Below, piece by piece: positions 1 through 8,211 of a stretch of 56,035 nt of DNA. Numbering within the stretch: the stretch's first letter is position 1; each line of letters opens with the position of its first letter. The notes under the pieces were generated by a model. That model searched no databases. It was not told the DNA's origin and saw only the letters and a program-made list of their open reading frames with translations. A program made the position numbers and the translations under genes. Origin of the DNA: a virus; IMG/VR virus record IMGVR_UViG_3300045988_113806, positions 1 to 56,035 of that record. The stretch is one strand, 5' to 3'.

Positions 1-87
1 AGCAATAGCAGTTGCTACTGCTCCAGATGTTACCAGGTTTGTGCTGCCGTCCGTTACTGTAGTATCGATAACCGGTTTATTTAAGAT
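1..87. repeat. terminal redundancy, copy 1 (identical to 55949-56035); circular-assembly overlap
   Basis: exact 87-nt identity read directly; lies inside a continuous coding frame, so it is an assembly overlap rather than a biological DTR. Confidence 0.9.
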
Positions 88-1455
88 TTGCGACACACCA
101 CTTTCAGCGTTCCAGTCCGCATTGATCTGCCCAGCAGCCGCCTGCATAGCAGATAAGGCGGCAGCCGCTGCCGATTCGGCCGCATTGGTCTCGCTGGTTT
201 TAGCAGCGGATGCACTGGATGCCGCTGCCGTCTGGCTGTTTTTAGCGTTTGTCGCACTGGTAGATGCGGCACTGGCAGAGTTGGCGGCGGCTGTGGCGCT
301 GGTGGACGCATCTGTAGCCTTTGTACTGGCTGTAGATGCAGAACTGGCGGCATTGGTTTCACTGGTTGCTGCCGCTTTTGCTTGACTCTTGCTGTAAATT
401 GCCCAGCTCTTTGAGGATTGAGTTTTACCGGTTGAGCTGTCCGTATCGGCTTCTCCGTCAGGTGACTCCGTGGAAGTTGCCCATGCTTTCGCTGTAGTGC
501 TTTCGTTACTAGCAGCCGTAGCGCTGGCCGCTGCGTTCGTTTCAGAGGTTTTTGCTGCCGTTGCTGACGTACTCGCCGCTGTTTCACTGAGCTTGGCATT
601 ACTGGCAGAGGTGGCCACCGCGCTTGCAGAACTGGCAGCCGCCGTAGCACTGGAAGCCGCGTTTGTTTCTGAGGTTTTAGCATTTGTTTCCGAAGCACTA
701 GCCGCAGTCTCGGAAGCCTTAGCGTTTTTCTCACTTGTTGCCGCAGCTGTGGCGCTGGAGGTGGCATTTGTCTCGGACGTTTTCGCATTGGTCTCGGAGG
801 TGCTGGTAGCTTTCTGAGAGGCAAGAGCCGCCGTTTCGGAAGCCTTGGCGTTGATTTCGCTGGTTGCCGCTGCCGTTGCGCTGTTAGCTGCTGCCGTAGC
901 AGAATTAGCCGAACTGGTGGCGGAATTGGCTGCGTTCGTAGCACTTGTGGACGCATTGGTTTCAGAAGTTTTCGCTGCCGCCTGGGATGCTGCTGCCGCG
1001 GTCTGCGAAGCCTGAGTTTTTTTCCCCGCTTTCTGAATTTCTTCATAGATGTTGTCATACTGGTTCGGAGTGCTGTCCTGGGGGATTTCATTGGTTGTCA
1101 GGCCGCTTTGCCCCACTCTAATGTCCAGGCTGTTGACGGTAATGGTTTTCACCGTGGTCCCGTCACTCTCTGTTTTCTGACCAAATACATTGACGTTAAA
1201 AGTCCCTTCTCCCTTCAGAACTTCCCACGGAATGATACAGTTGCCGTTGTTGTCGATTTCCTCATTGAAAAAGAGCGGCTTACCGTCTGTGATAAGGTCG
1301 CTCTCTGTTCGTTTGAACTGTGCTGTTTTATTGGTCCCGTCCCAGTCCTCTGTGAACTGGAAGTTTGCCTGAAGGTATCCGCTGGAATCAGCTACCACAG
1401 GATCACGGGATAACAGATACAAGGTCTGATACTTCACATAGAATTTTAGAATCAA
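1..1455 (-). CDS. tail fiber protein (about 499 aa) with BppU-like N-terminal domain and Ala/Ser/Thr-rich SETNA-type repeats; main part. The CDS crosses the circular junction and ends at 55904. The true frame is not in the ORF track.
   Basis: Manual minus-strand translation (frame with codon high coordinate = 0 mod 3) is open from TTG at 1455 down through position 1. RBS GAAGGAGGG sits 10 nt upstream of the TTG. N-terminus: LILKFYVKYQTLYLLSRDPVVADSSGYLQANFQFTEDWDGTNKTAQFKRTESDLITDGKPLFFNEEIDNNGNCIIPWEVLKGEGTFNVNVFGQKTESDGTTVKTITVNSLDIRVGQSGL. Central repeats: KTSETNA / SETNAK / ATAAATSE. C-terminal motif: QINADWNAESGVSQILNKPVID, the typical fiber D-W...N-K-P box. Blocks 121-1140 were spot-checked with no stop codons. 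Confidence 0.7.
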   Translation of the reverse strand, partial: MILKFYVKYQTLYLLSRDPVVADSSGYLQANFQFTEDWDGTNKTAQFKRTESDLITDGKPLFFNEEIDNNGNCIIPWEVLKGEGTFNVNVFGQKTESDGTTVKTITVNSLDIRVGQSGLTTNEIPQDSTPNQYDNIYEEIQKAGKKTQASQTAAAASQAAAKTSETNASTSATNAANSATSSANSATAAANSATAAATSEINAKASETAALASQKATSTSETNAKTSETNATSSATAAATSEKNAKASETAASASETNAKTSETNAASSATAAASSASAVATSASNAKLSETAASTSATAAKTSETNAAASATAASNESTTAKAWATSTESPDGEADTDSSTGKTQSSKSWAIYSKSQAKAAATSETNAASSASTASTKATDASTSATAAANSASAASTSATNAKNSQTAAASSASAAKTSETNAAESAAAAALSAMQAAAGQINADWNAESGVSQILNKPVIDTTVTDGSTNLVTSGAVATAIA

Positions 1456-1490
1456 GTCGTTTCACCCTCCTTCTTCAAATCCCGCTTACA

Positions 1491-1703
1491 TCAAAAACGA
1501 TAAAATAGGTCGGATTTGCTGTCCACGTAGACCCTGCCGCCGTTGACTGCATCATGCAGGGCCTCCAGGTCGTTGGCCACGTAGTCCAGCCAGCCGGTGC
1601 CCTCGGAGTTGGCCAGAGGGGTCTTTTTACCAAAGGCTCCGTCCTGGATGATGCTGTCGTTGGCATCTCTCAGCTCCGGGTGCTGGTATGCTTGTCGTTT
1701 CAT
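1491..1703 (-). CDS. small hypothetical phage protein (70 aa) between the two fiber genes
   Basis: ORF track; ATGA start/stop overlap with the upstream small gene. Confidence 0.5.
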   Translation of the reverse strand: MKRQAYQHPELRDANDSIIQDGAFGKKTPLANSEGTGWLDYVANDLEALHDAVNGGRVYVDSKSDLFYRF

Positions 1704-1875
1704 TTCTCCACCTCCTTGGGCGGGTCGTAGACCAGGGCTCCGTCACGGAGGACGTAGTCGTGGGGATTGTCTATATATTTATCGTCTTCAACAAGCTCGT
1801 AAGTTTCGGGGACAACTGCATTACAATCAGCTGTCCCGTAGCATCTTTTATCTGACTTTTTGATTATATAGTACA
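1702..1875 (-). CDS. small hypothetical protein (57 aa, MYYIIKKSDKRCYGTADCNAVVPETYELVEDDKYIDNPHDYVLRDGALVYDPPKEVEK); not in the track because it is under 60 aa
   Basis: manual translation; strong RBS AGGAGGTAAC before ATG 1875; coupled to the next gene. Confidence 0.5.
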
Positions 1876-1884
1876 TGTTACCTC

Positions 1885-3621
1885 CTATTTAACACCAATA
1901 CACCAATATCCTACATATCCGTCATCATTGCCACCACTTCCCATGTTGGCACATTCTACGTATGGTATGGTTGGATTTGGATAATAACAGCTATTTGCTA
2001 GGATATTGTCTTCATTAACGATTCCCCATATACATTGGCTTCTCGTATATCCTGACGGAAGCGGGATATATCTTGCTCCTGTATGTTTTTTTCCACGATA
2101 CCAATTACCGTCTTTTCCCCAACTTCCTATCCCATTATGTTTGTCTTCATCTGTAGGCATATCCCAATTATCATCATCCATATATAATCGGCCTTTAATG
2201 ATACTGACGCTTTTGACGTTGTATCCATTAATACGGATTTTGTTGCCGTCGATTGTCCCTGATTTCAAGGTTGCTCCCGTGATATTTCCGCTGTCGTCCA
2301 CGGTAAAGCTCCCGGAGCTGTTTTTAAAATTCGTCCCGACAATCTGCGTGCCCGTGATGGTGCCGCCTTTTAAAGAACCCACATTGGCACTGATAGCGCT
2401 TAAGCTGTCCACTTTGATTTTTCCAGCGGTTACTGCTCCAGCAGCTATGTTTTCTGCCAGGACAGCGCTTGCTCCGATTTTCCCGGCTGTAACGGCGTTG
2501 GCTGCAATCTTTTCCGTAGTAATTGCCCCGGCCAGAATCTTGTCTGAGTTGACAGCATTGGTAGCAATCTTTTCCGCTTTGACCGCTCCATCCTGAATCC
2601 AGTCAGAACCAACTACCTTGGTAACGTCAGCATTGACCGCTTCGGACCATTCCCCATTCCCGAAGCAGTCATAATAGCGGTATTTGAAGTCGTAATTGCC
2701 TTCAAGAATCCCGATTTGAAATACACTGTTCTCAGTATAGAAAGAATGTTCATCATTCGTACTTGTGTTGGTTGCAAGGATTTCCATGCCCGTACAGTTT
2801 ACCGGCAAGGAGGCCATGTGAACATTGAATCCCTGGAACAGGTTTTCAATCGTTGGGGCCGTAGGTGCTGCCGGCTGTGCCAGTTCATACAGGTGTGTCA
2901 TTGGAGAACCATAGGTGCCAAAGACGGACCGTGCAAAAAGATAGGCGGTGCCGGACCGTTCACTGGGTACAGCATCAGACGTAAGGGCGCTGGTGCTGTC
3001 CAGCATCCCTTTATACTTCCCTGCGTCCGTGTTTTCCCGTAGTTCGTAGCCGTCAAAATAATCCTGCGTGTTGACTGCCGTCCACTGCCAGTGTGGTGTC
3101 CCGCCTTCCCATGTAACGGTGAACTGATCCGGAGCGGTAGGAAGGTGGCTGGAACCCTGTACGGTTATATCTGCCGTTGGAGCTGTATCGAAATCACAGC
3201 TAATACCAAACTTATTAATGGCTACCACCTTAATGGTGTAGGTGGTTCCTGCTGTCAGTTTCTTTACGGTATAGGTTACTCCGTTGGCGTTCCCTGCATA
3301 TTGATATTGGCCGGTAGTTCCGGCCTTGTACCATACGGACGCGCCACTATAGCCGGTCACTGTTCCCTTCTCCCAGGTAACGTATACATCGTTCTCCGGG
3401 TAGCCTAAATCATCGGTCACATGTTCTTCCAAAAGGGTAATGCCTGTAGCTTGTCCATAGGCCGTTGAGGTGTTTTCAATGGCCTCTGATACACCGCTTG
3501 AAACATTCCCGGCGAACTTTAACAGGGCCTTTTTCAGCTGGGCAACAAACGTGCGCCCGTCCCCGGATACACTGTTGGGAATCTTTTGAATATCATCACT
3601 GGAAAATTTGTTGTCCGCCAT
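1885..3621 (-). CDS. receptor-binding tail fiber/spike protein: N-terminal anchor, FN3-like beta region, tandem fiber repeats (AVT..KI..), Cys-rich C-terminal lectin-like knob
   Basis: 578 aa; repeats DGAVKAEKIATNAVNSDKILAGAITTEKIAANAVTAGKIGASAVLAENIAAGAVTAGKI; C-terminus YTRSQCIWGIVNEDNILANSCYYPNPTIPYVECANMGSGGNDDGYVGYWCIG. Confidence 0.6.
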   Translation of the reverse strand: MADNKFSSDDIQKIPNSVSGDGRTFVAQLKKALLKFAGNVSSGVSEAIENTSTAYGQATGITLLEEHVTDDLGYPENDVYVTWEKGTVTGYSGASVWYKAGTTGQYQYAGNANGVTYTVKKLTAGTTYTIKVVAINKFGISCDFDTAPTADITVQGSSHLPTAPDQFTVTWEGGTPHWQWTAVNTQDYFDGYELRENTDAGKYKGMLDSTSALTSDAVPSERSGTAYLFARSVFGTYGSPMTHLYELAQPAAPTAPTIENLFQGFNVHMASLPVNCTGMEILATNTSTNDEHSFYTENSVFQIGILEGNYDFKYRYYDCFGNGEWSEAVNADVTKVVGSDWIQDGAVKAEKIATNAVNSDKILAGAITTEKIAANAVTAGKIGASAVLAENIAAGAVTAGKIKVDSLSAISANVGSLKGGTITGTQIVGTNFKNSSGSFTVDDSGNITGATLKSGTIDGNKIRINGYNVKSVSIIKGRLYMDDDNWDMPTDEDKHNGIGSWGKDGNWYRGKKHTGARYIPLPSGYTRSQCIWGIVNEDNILANSCYYPNPTIPYVECANMGSGGNDDGYVGYWCIGVK

Positions 3622-3629
3622 GGTTCACA

Positions 3630-4133
3630 TCACCCCTGTGGCTGATTGGCTGCCGTAACAGGCCCGTTGACCGCCGCAGCTATAGCCTGGTTGATTTCAT
3701 TCAAGAGGGCCTTGTCCTGGCTAACATCAAGGGCCTGCTGATTCTGGCAATAGATAGCAGCCAGCTTGATACATACCTGATTTAAGGCCAGCTGGGAGAA
3801 AGGCATATCATCATCCAGTTCCACCTTTTTGGTGTTGGCGAAATACCGGATAGTGACGGGCGGATCATCCAGAGTTTTGATGGTATTGCCGGTAATTCGG
3901 ATAGGGAACCGGCCCGCCGTCCGTACAAATTCTTTTGGCAGTGCGGTTTCCTCGTCTGTCAGGGTTAAATCGTTGATAACAAGCGGGGAACCGGCACCCA
4001 CAAGGAAAGAGGAAACGTATTGAATGGCCTCGTTCAGATAGCTCAGGATTTCATTGTCATCCAGGCCCACTTCATCGCGGTCGTTGATTTTGTCCCGGAT
4101 CTGATTGATGGCCACATCCACTAACATATTCAT
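3630..4133 (-). CDS. virion structural protein (167 aa), paralogous N-terminus with 4158..4799; putative head-tail adaptor/neck
   Basis: INQIRDKINDRDEVGLDDNEILSYLNEAIQY compared with ISRQVRYKLNDNDEVKYSGYDMLNAINESIRY; sits between the capsid and fiber genes. Confidence 0.45.
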   Translation of the reverse strand: MNMLVDVAINQIRDKINDRDEVGLDDNEILSYLNEAIQYVSSFLVGAGSPLVINDLTLTDEETALPKEFVRTAGRFPIRITGNTIKTLDDPPVTIRYFANTKKVELDDDMPFSQLALNQVCIKLAAIYCQNQQALDVSQDKALLNEINQAIAAAVNGPVTAANQPQG

Positions 4134-4157
4134 TGTTTCATTCGTCCTCCTTCCTTA

Positions 4158-4799
4158 TCAGCACATAAACGGCATTTTGATTTTTACATTGGAGTATCTT
4201 CTCGCCGGAACAATGCTGATTACCAGCCGGTTGACTTCGCTCATAAGTACATCATCGTTGGGATTCTGCTCTAGGATCATGGCTACAATCTTCACAATGC
4301 AGTCAAAGAAAATATCCGGGAGGTCAATGGTACCCGTTTCAATGTCCTCTATCTCGTTCAATTTGGCACGATACAGGAGGTCAAAGTCGCTTCTTGCGTA
4401 GATTCTTCCGGCGAATACTCTATAGGTCCCAAAAGGAAGTTCATCTTCCAGGGTAACGGGAGAAAGGTGGTATTTATCTTTCGCCCTTGCCACCCGGACT
4501 AACAGAATGAAATCGTCCGGCAGCTCTGCACCCGTCTTTTCAAAGTCGTAGTGTTCTTTTTCCGGATCATCTGCGCCCTTATTTTCGTTGTATTCATCGA
4601 CTTCCTTGTTCATCTCATCAACGCGGTATTCCTTGATTTTCTCCAGGAAATCGCTGTTGCTCAATGCGTAGGACTGATTTAAATATCGGATGGATTCATT
4701 AATGGCATTGAGCATATCATAGCCGGAATACTTTACTTCATCATTGTCATTCAGCTTATACCGGACCTGACGGGATATTCTTTTTGCGGTAATACTCAT
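4158..4799 (-). CDS. virion structural protein (213 aa), paralog of 3630..4133; putative adaptor/neck
   Basis: ORF track; paralogy by eye. Confidence 0.45.
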   Translation of the reverse strand: MSITAKRISRQVRYKLNDNDEVKYSGYDMLNAINESIRYLNQSYALSNSDFLEKIKEYRVDEMNKEVDEYNENKGADDPEKEHYDFEKTGAELPDDFILLVRVARAKDKYHLSPVTLEDELPFGTYRVFAGRIYARSDFDLLYRAKLNEIEDIETGTIDLPDIFFDCIVKIVAMILEQNPNDDVLMSEVNRLVISIVPARRYSNVKIKMPFMC

Positions 4800-4816
4800 A
4801 TCTCTACACCCCGCTT

Positions 4817-5137
4817 TTAAAAGAACCGGCGTTTATGTTCCATACACAGCCGTGGGTTTTCCTTCGTCCATTTTCTGATCTGGGCAACATATTTGGCTTC
4901 TTCTCCCACAGACCGGTAAAAGGTGGCAAGGCGTAGAGTCGGGTCCAGAGTCCATAGTTCCTGGGGGATAGCAAACATAATCTGCTTTTCATCGCTCTTT
5001 CCCTGATTAATGGTATTGCCAACAAGTTTGGAAATCTCTACAGCATCCAGGGCGTCCCGCAGGTCCACCTTATTGGTGAGGGCAACACCGCCTTTTCCAT
5101 CGTTTAAATCCGTGAGTTTCTGCTCATAAATGGCCAT
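4817..5137 (-). CDS. hypothetical head-associated protein (106 aa)
   Basis: ORF track; first gene after the capsid terminator. Confidence 0.45.
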   Translation of the reverse strand: MAIYEQKLTDLNDGKGGVALTNKVDLRDALDAVEISKLVGNTINQGKSDEKQIMFAIPQELWTLDPTLRLATFYRSVGEEAKYVAQIRKWTKENPRLCMEHKRRFF

Positions 5138-5176
5138 GTTTGTGAATCACTTCCGTTCTTTTTCATGGTTAGTGCT

Positions 5177-5222
5177 AAAAAATAAAGCGTACACAATACG
5201 GATTGTTCCACATTGTGTACGC
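5177..5222 (-). terminator. rho-independent terminator directly after the major capsid gene
   Basis: 11-12 bp stem AGCGTACACAAT / ATTGTGTACGCT; followed on the minus strand by TTATTTTTT. Confidence 0.65.
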
Positions 5223-5285
5223 TGCTTTTGTTTGAACCATGCACCAGCTTTTTCGGCCGGTGCACAGTCAATCATTGGAATAAGG

Positions 5286-6473
5286 TCAAATCTTGATATT
5301 GGTAATGGAGCCGTGTGCCTGGGGCTGAGTGCATTTCAGGCCAATAGAGCCTTCAATCACAAATTCAGAATAGTTACCTTTCTTGGCAAGGCCGGTAACT
5401 TCATGGGTACGGTCGAACCATTTCAGGGTCATATACTGGGTATCAATAGCATCGATTCTATCGTTCGGATAGAACAGGTGAGGATGGGCGGTAACAATAC
5501 CGAAGTCGCTTTCATAGGTATCTGCCACCAGGTTCAGTTTCTTTTCTGCACCTTTCCGGATGTTGGTGGAGTTGGCCAGCAGCTGTTTGGAGAACCGTCT
5601 CTTGTTGATGGGGTTCATCCACAGGTCGCCAGGATGGGCACCGCGCAGCTGTGCTTTATACAGCATGGAATCAATGTCATCCAGGGTGGATTCTGCTTTG
5701 CCGCCAAGGTCTACCACGTTATTCCGTTCCACCTTCACGTTGGTGCCTGCATCGGTAGGTTTAACCTGTTTGGAAGCAACGGAATCAATAGCGCCTTTCA
5801 TGGTGCTGTAGATGTTGAAGGTGGTGGAGGACTTTACGTTCACATAGTAAGGAACGTCAGCTTTCAGACCGGTAGGCAGGGTATCCGCCACAAAGAAGAT
5901 GAAGTCGCCGGTGGACAGTTCATGATTTTCGGCGGTGGTGCACAGGCCGGAGGTAGCAACGGTTACCGCCAGCGCGGAGGAGTTCAGGAAATAAGGAATA
6001 CCGCCAGTTTCAGCAGGTACGGAGGCCGTGCCTTTTACTCTGGTTTCATTGGTTACCAGAGCATATTCAATATCTTTGGCATGGGCCAGGAAAGCGTTCT
6101 GTTTCTGACGGACGAATTCATCCTGTTCGGTGTAGATTTTTTCGGTTTTCCGCTGCATGTCGGATACCCAACCGGTATTCTGGAAAATCTGGACGTTGTT
6201 GGACAGGCTTCTCAGGCTGCCGACTTTTTCCGTCTTGTAATCTTCCTTTTCAAGATGGGCGTTCTTGATGGGCGGGCGCAGGGCCTCGGTGATCCAGCTA
6301 AATTCAGGTTCCTTTGCATTTGCGTCAGCCGTCAGGCTGGACAGGAAAGGAGTGGTAGTCGGGTCAATGTTGGTAATAATCGGGGAAAAATCTTCCGCAT
6401 TACCAAATGCTTCAAAGGTTAAGGACTGGGATTCGCTAGGGCCGGGATCTCTAATTACTGCCATTGTAGTCAC
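5286..6473 (-). CDS. major capsid protein
   Basis: 395 aa directly downstream of scaffold and portal, with its own strong terminator; composition typical of a capsid protein. Confidence 0.7.
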   Translation of the reverse strand: MTTMAVIRDPGPSESQSLTFEAFGNAEDFSPIITNIDPTTTPFLSSLTADANAKEPEFSWITEALRPPIKNAHLEKEDYKTEKVGSLRSLSNNVQIFQNTGWVSDMQRKTEKIYTEQDEFVRQKQNAFLAHAKDIEYALVTNETRVKGTASVPAETGGIPYFLNSSALAVTVATSGLCTTAENHELSTGDFIFFVADTLPTGLKADVPYYVNVKSSTTFNIYSTMKGAIDSVASKQVKPTDAGTNVKVERNNVVDLGGKAESTLDDIDSMLYKAQLRGAHPGDLWMNPINKRRFSKQLLANSTNIRKGAEKKLNLVADTYESDFGIVTAHPHLFYPNDRIDAIDTQYMTLKWFDRTHEVTGLAKKGNYSEFVIEGSIGLKCTQPQAHGSITNIKI

Positions 6474-6561
6474 CTCGTAATAAAATTTTTATTATGAAAA
6501 AACCGCCCCGGAGGACGGCTGTTTCACCATTGGAATATGGATTTTCGATTGTGTCTAATTC

Positions 6562-7848
6562 TTATCTTCCGCTGAAATACTTTTGGAACCATGCCTGCTT
6601 CTGCTGGTAATTCATGTTTCTCAGCTGCCGTGCATCGGGCCGTTCCCGTGCGCTGCTGTTGCCAGCTCCGGGAGTTTCTACGGCGGGCGGACGGGAAACA
6701 TGAGTCGGGACAGTTCCCACATTGGAAGCCTGGGCATAAAAAGCCTTTCGGGTATCTTCGTAATACTTCTGGAGAATTTCTGCACCTCTTCGAGTAATCT
6801 GTCCATGCTGCGCTCCATTGATAACCTGGGCAATCTCTTGCGCTTGTTCGTAGGGCATTTGCTTGTAGCGGGTGGCCAGCATCTTATCAATGGCACCAAA
6901 GTTTGGTTCCGTTTGCTGTGCGTTCGCTACAAAGGACTTCACGTCATTAAAGATAGCTTCTCTTTCACTTTTTTTGTTCTGGGCCGCCCGCTGCTGTTCC
7001 ATGATCCGTTCACGGGTCTGGTTCAGAATCATCCCCTGGGCGTTCTGGAGGGCCGCTTCATACATCTGTGCCTTATTGATAAGGTCTTTATCGTCAGTGT
7101 ATTCTGCTGCATCCAGTTCTTCTTCCGTGATACCAATTTGCTCCATGGCCTGTTTCTTGGCCATTTGGTTCACACGGTCATAGAATTTTCTGTTGGCTTC
7201 CACAGCCGTCTGTTTGGCCACTTCCGCGGTATCTTCCGTAGGAACCTGGGCATTTAAGGCTTCTTCAAACCGCTTCTGCTTGTAGGCTTTATACTGCGGT
7301 TTGTAGAGTTCCGGAATCCGGGATTCGTCCACCCTGCCTTGATGGAGGGCATTAAGCAGTTCATTTTCCGTGTATTCCGGTTCCTTGGTAGTCTTTTCCA
7401 GGAATCCTTCTGTCAGGCCGGTATCAGCTTTGTTGATACCTTCCGGTTGCTTCTGGATATTGCCCGGAATGGCGTTGGGGTTGGCTGCTCCAGGTACATA
7501 AGCGGGCTGGTTCGGCTGCTGTGCGCCCTGGGATGCTGCCGGTGGTTTCACGTCAACAATGGTTCTTTTCCCGGTGGCCGGGTCAATTACCAGCTTAACA
7601 CCTCCGGCGACAATTTCCCGCGGTGCATTATTGTTGCTACCTCCGGTTTCCGGCGCACTCTGGGTAGGAGTTGTCGCTGCTTCCATAGAGGGAGCGGGGG
7701 CAGCAGCCTGTTCCGCTGCCGGTGCCTGCTGCGTGCTGACTCCAGAACTAGTTCCAAAATTGGTTTTTGCTGCCGGTTGGGGGGTGGGCGCTGTAACTGC
7801 GTTCTCCGCTGCTGCCGGTGCCGGGCCGGTAATAGTCGTTCCATCCAT
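6562..7848 (-). CDS. scaffolding protein
   Basis: 428 aa; Ala/Pro/Gln-rich N-terminus, long coiled-coil-like charged helical region; lies between portal and capsid. Confidence 0.6.
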   Translation of the reverse strand: MDGTTITGPAPAAAENAVTAPTPQPAAKTNFGTSSGVSTQQAPAAEQAAAPAPSMEAATTPTQSAPETGGSNNNAPREIVAGGVKLVIDPATGKRTIVDVKPPAASQGAQQPNQPAYVPGAANPNAIPGNIQKQPEGINKADTGLTEGFLEKTTKEPEYTENELLNALHQGRVDESRIPELYKPQYKAYKQKRFEEALNAQVPTEDTAEVAKQTAVEANRKFYDRVNQMAKKQAMEQIGITEEELDAAEYTDDKDLINKAQMYEAALQNAQGMILNQTRERIMEQQRAAQNKKSEREAIFNDVKSFVANAQQTEPNFGAIDKMLATRYKQMPYEQAQEIAQVINGAQHGQITRRGAEILQKYYEDTRKAFYAQASNVGTVPTHVSRPPAVETPGAGNSSARERPDARQLRNMNYQQKQAWFQKYFSGR

Positions 7849-7851
7849 TCG

Positions 7852-8211
7852 TTATCTACCTCCATTTTCTTTCTGTGCTTCAATCGCCTGGATCGCTTTG
7901 TCCAGCTTGAATTGGTACAGCTTGCCTTTTTCAATGAGCTTATCCATATAGGCTTCCAGGTCCATAAGGATCCTGTATTTGGCTCTTGTCTCCATTAGGT
8001 CCTTACTCGTATCTGCAAGGTCCTCCAATACTTCCTGCCGGGAGCGGACAAAGAAGGGCCGGAGAAGGTCTTTAATCTCTTTGGCCTTTTCAGCTTCTTT
8101 GATTTTGTTGTTGTACTCCTTGGCCAGTAGCCGCGGGTTGTTTCGTCTCGTCAAGACCTCCTCCCGCGTCAAAGGGGTTTTTCTTTCCCCATCTGCTGAT
8201 ATATCTAGCAT
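7852..8211 (-). CDS. hypothetical protein (119 aa); the annotated start overlaps the portal 3' end by ~120 nt, so the true start may be internal
   Basis: ORF track; K/E-rich helical. Confidence 0.35.
   Translation of the reverse strand: MLDISADGERKTPLTREEVLTRRNNPRLLAKEYNNKIKEAEKAKEIKDLLRPFFVRSRQEVLEDLADTSKDLMETRAKYRILMDLEAYMDKLIEKGKLYQFKLDKAIQAIEAQKENGGR

Noticed and set aside
41-817. Plus-strand Ala/Val/Leu-rich ORFs 41..385 and 470..817
   Set aside because: Antisense reading of the GC-rich SETNA-repeat coding region; no RBS; all neighbours are minus-strand.
81-1091. Track ORF (336 aa, Arg/Lys/Pro/Gln-rich) on the minus strand
   Set aside because: Wrong frame through the fiber repeat region. 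The product is low-complexity nonsense. The adjacent minus frame gives a coherent fiber protein that is continuous across the junction.
5130-6422. 430-aa plus-strand ORF
   Set aside because: Antisense to the major capsid gene, which has a convincing product, RBS and terminator.
6474-6561. Possible terminator (GGGGCGGTTTTTT on the minus strand) between scaffold and capsid
   Set aside because: The G-rich stem is not self-complementary. The GGAGG-like stretch is better explained as part of the capsid RBS region.
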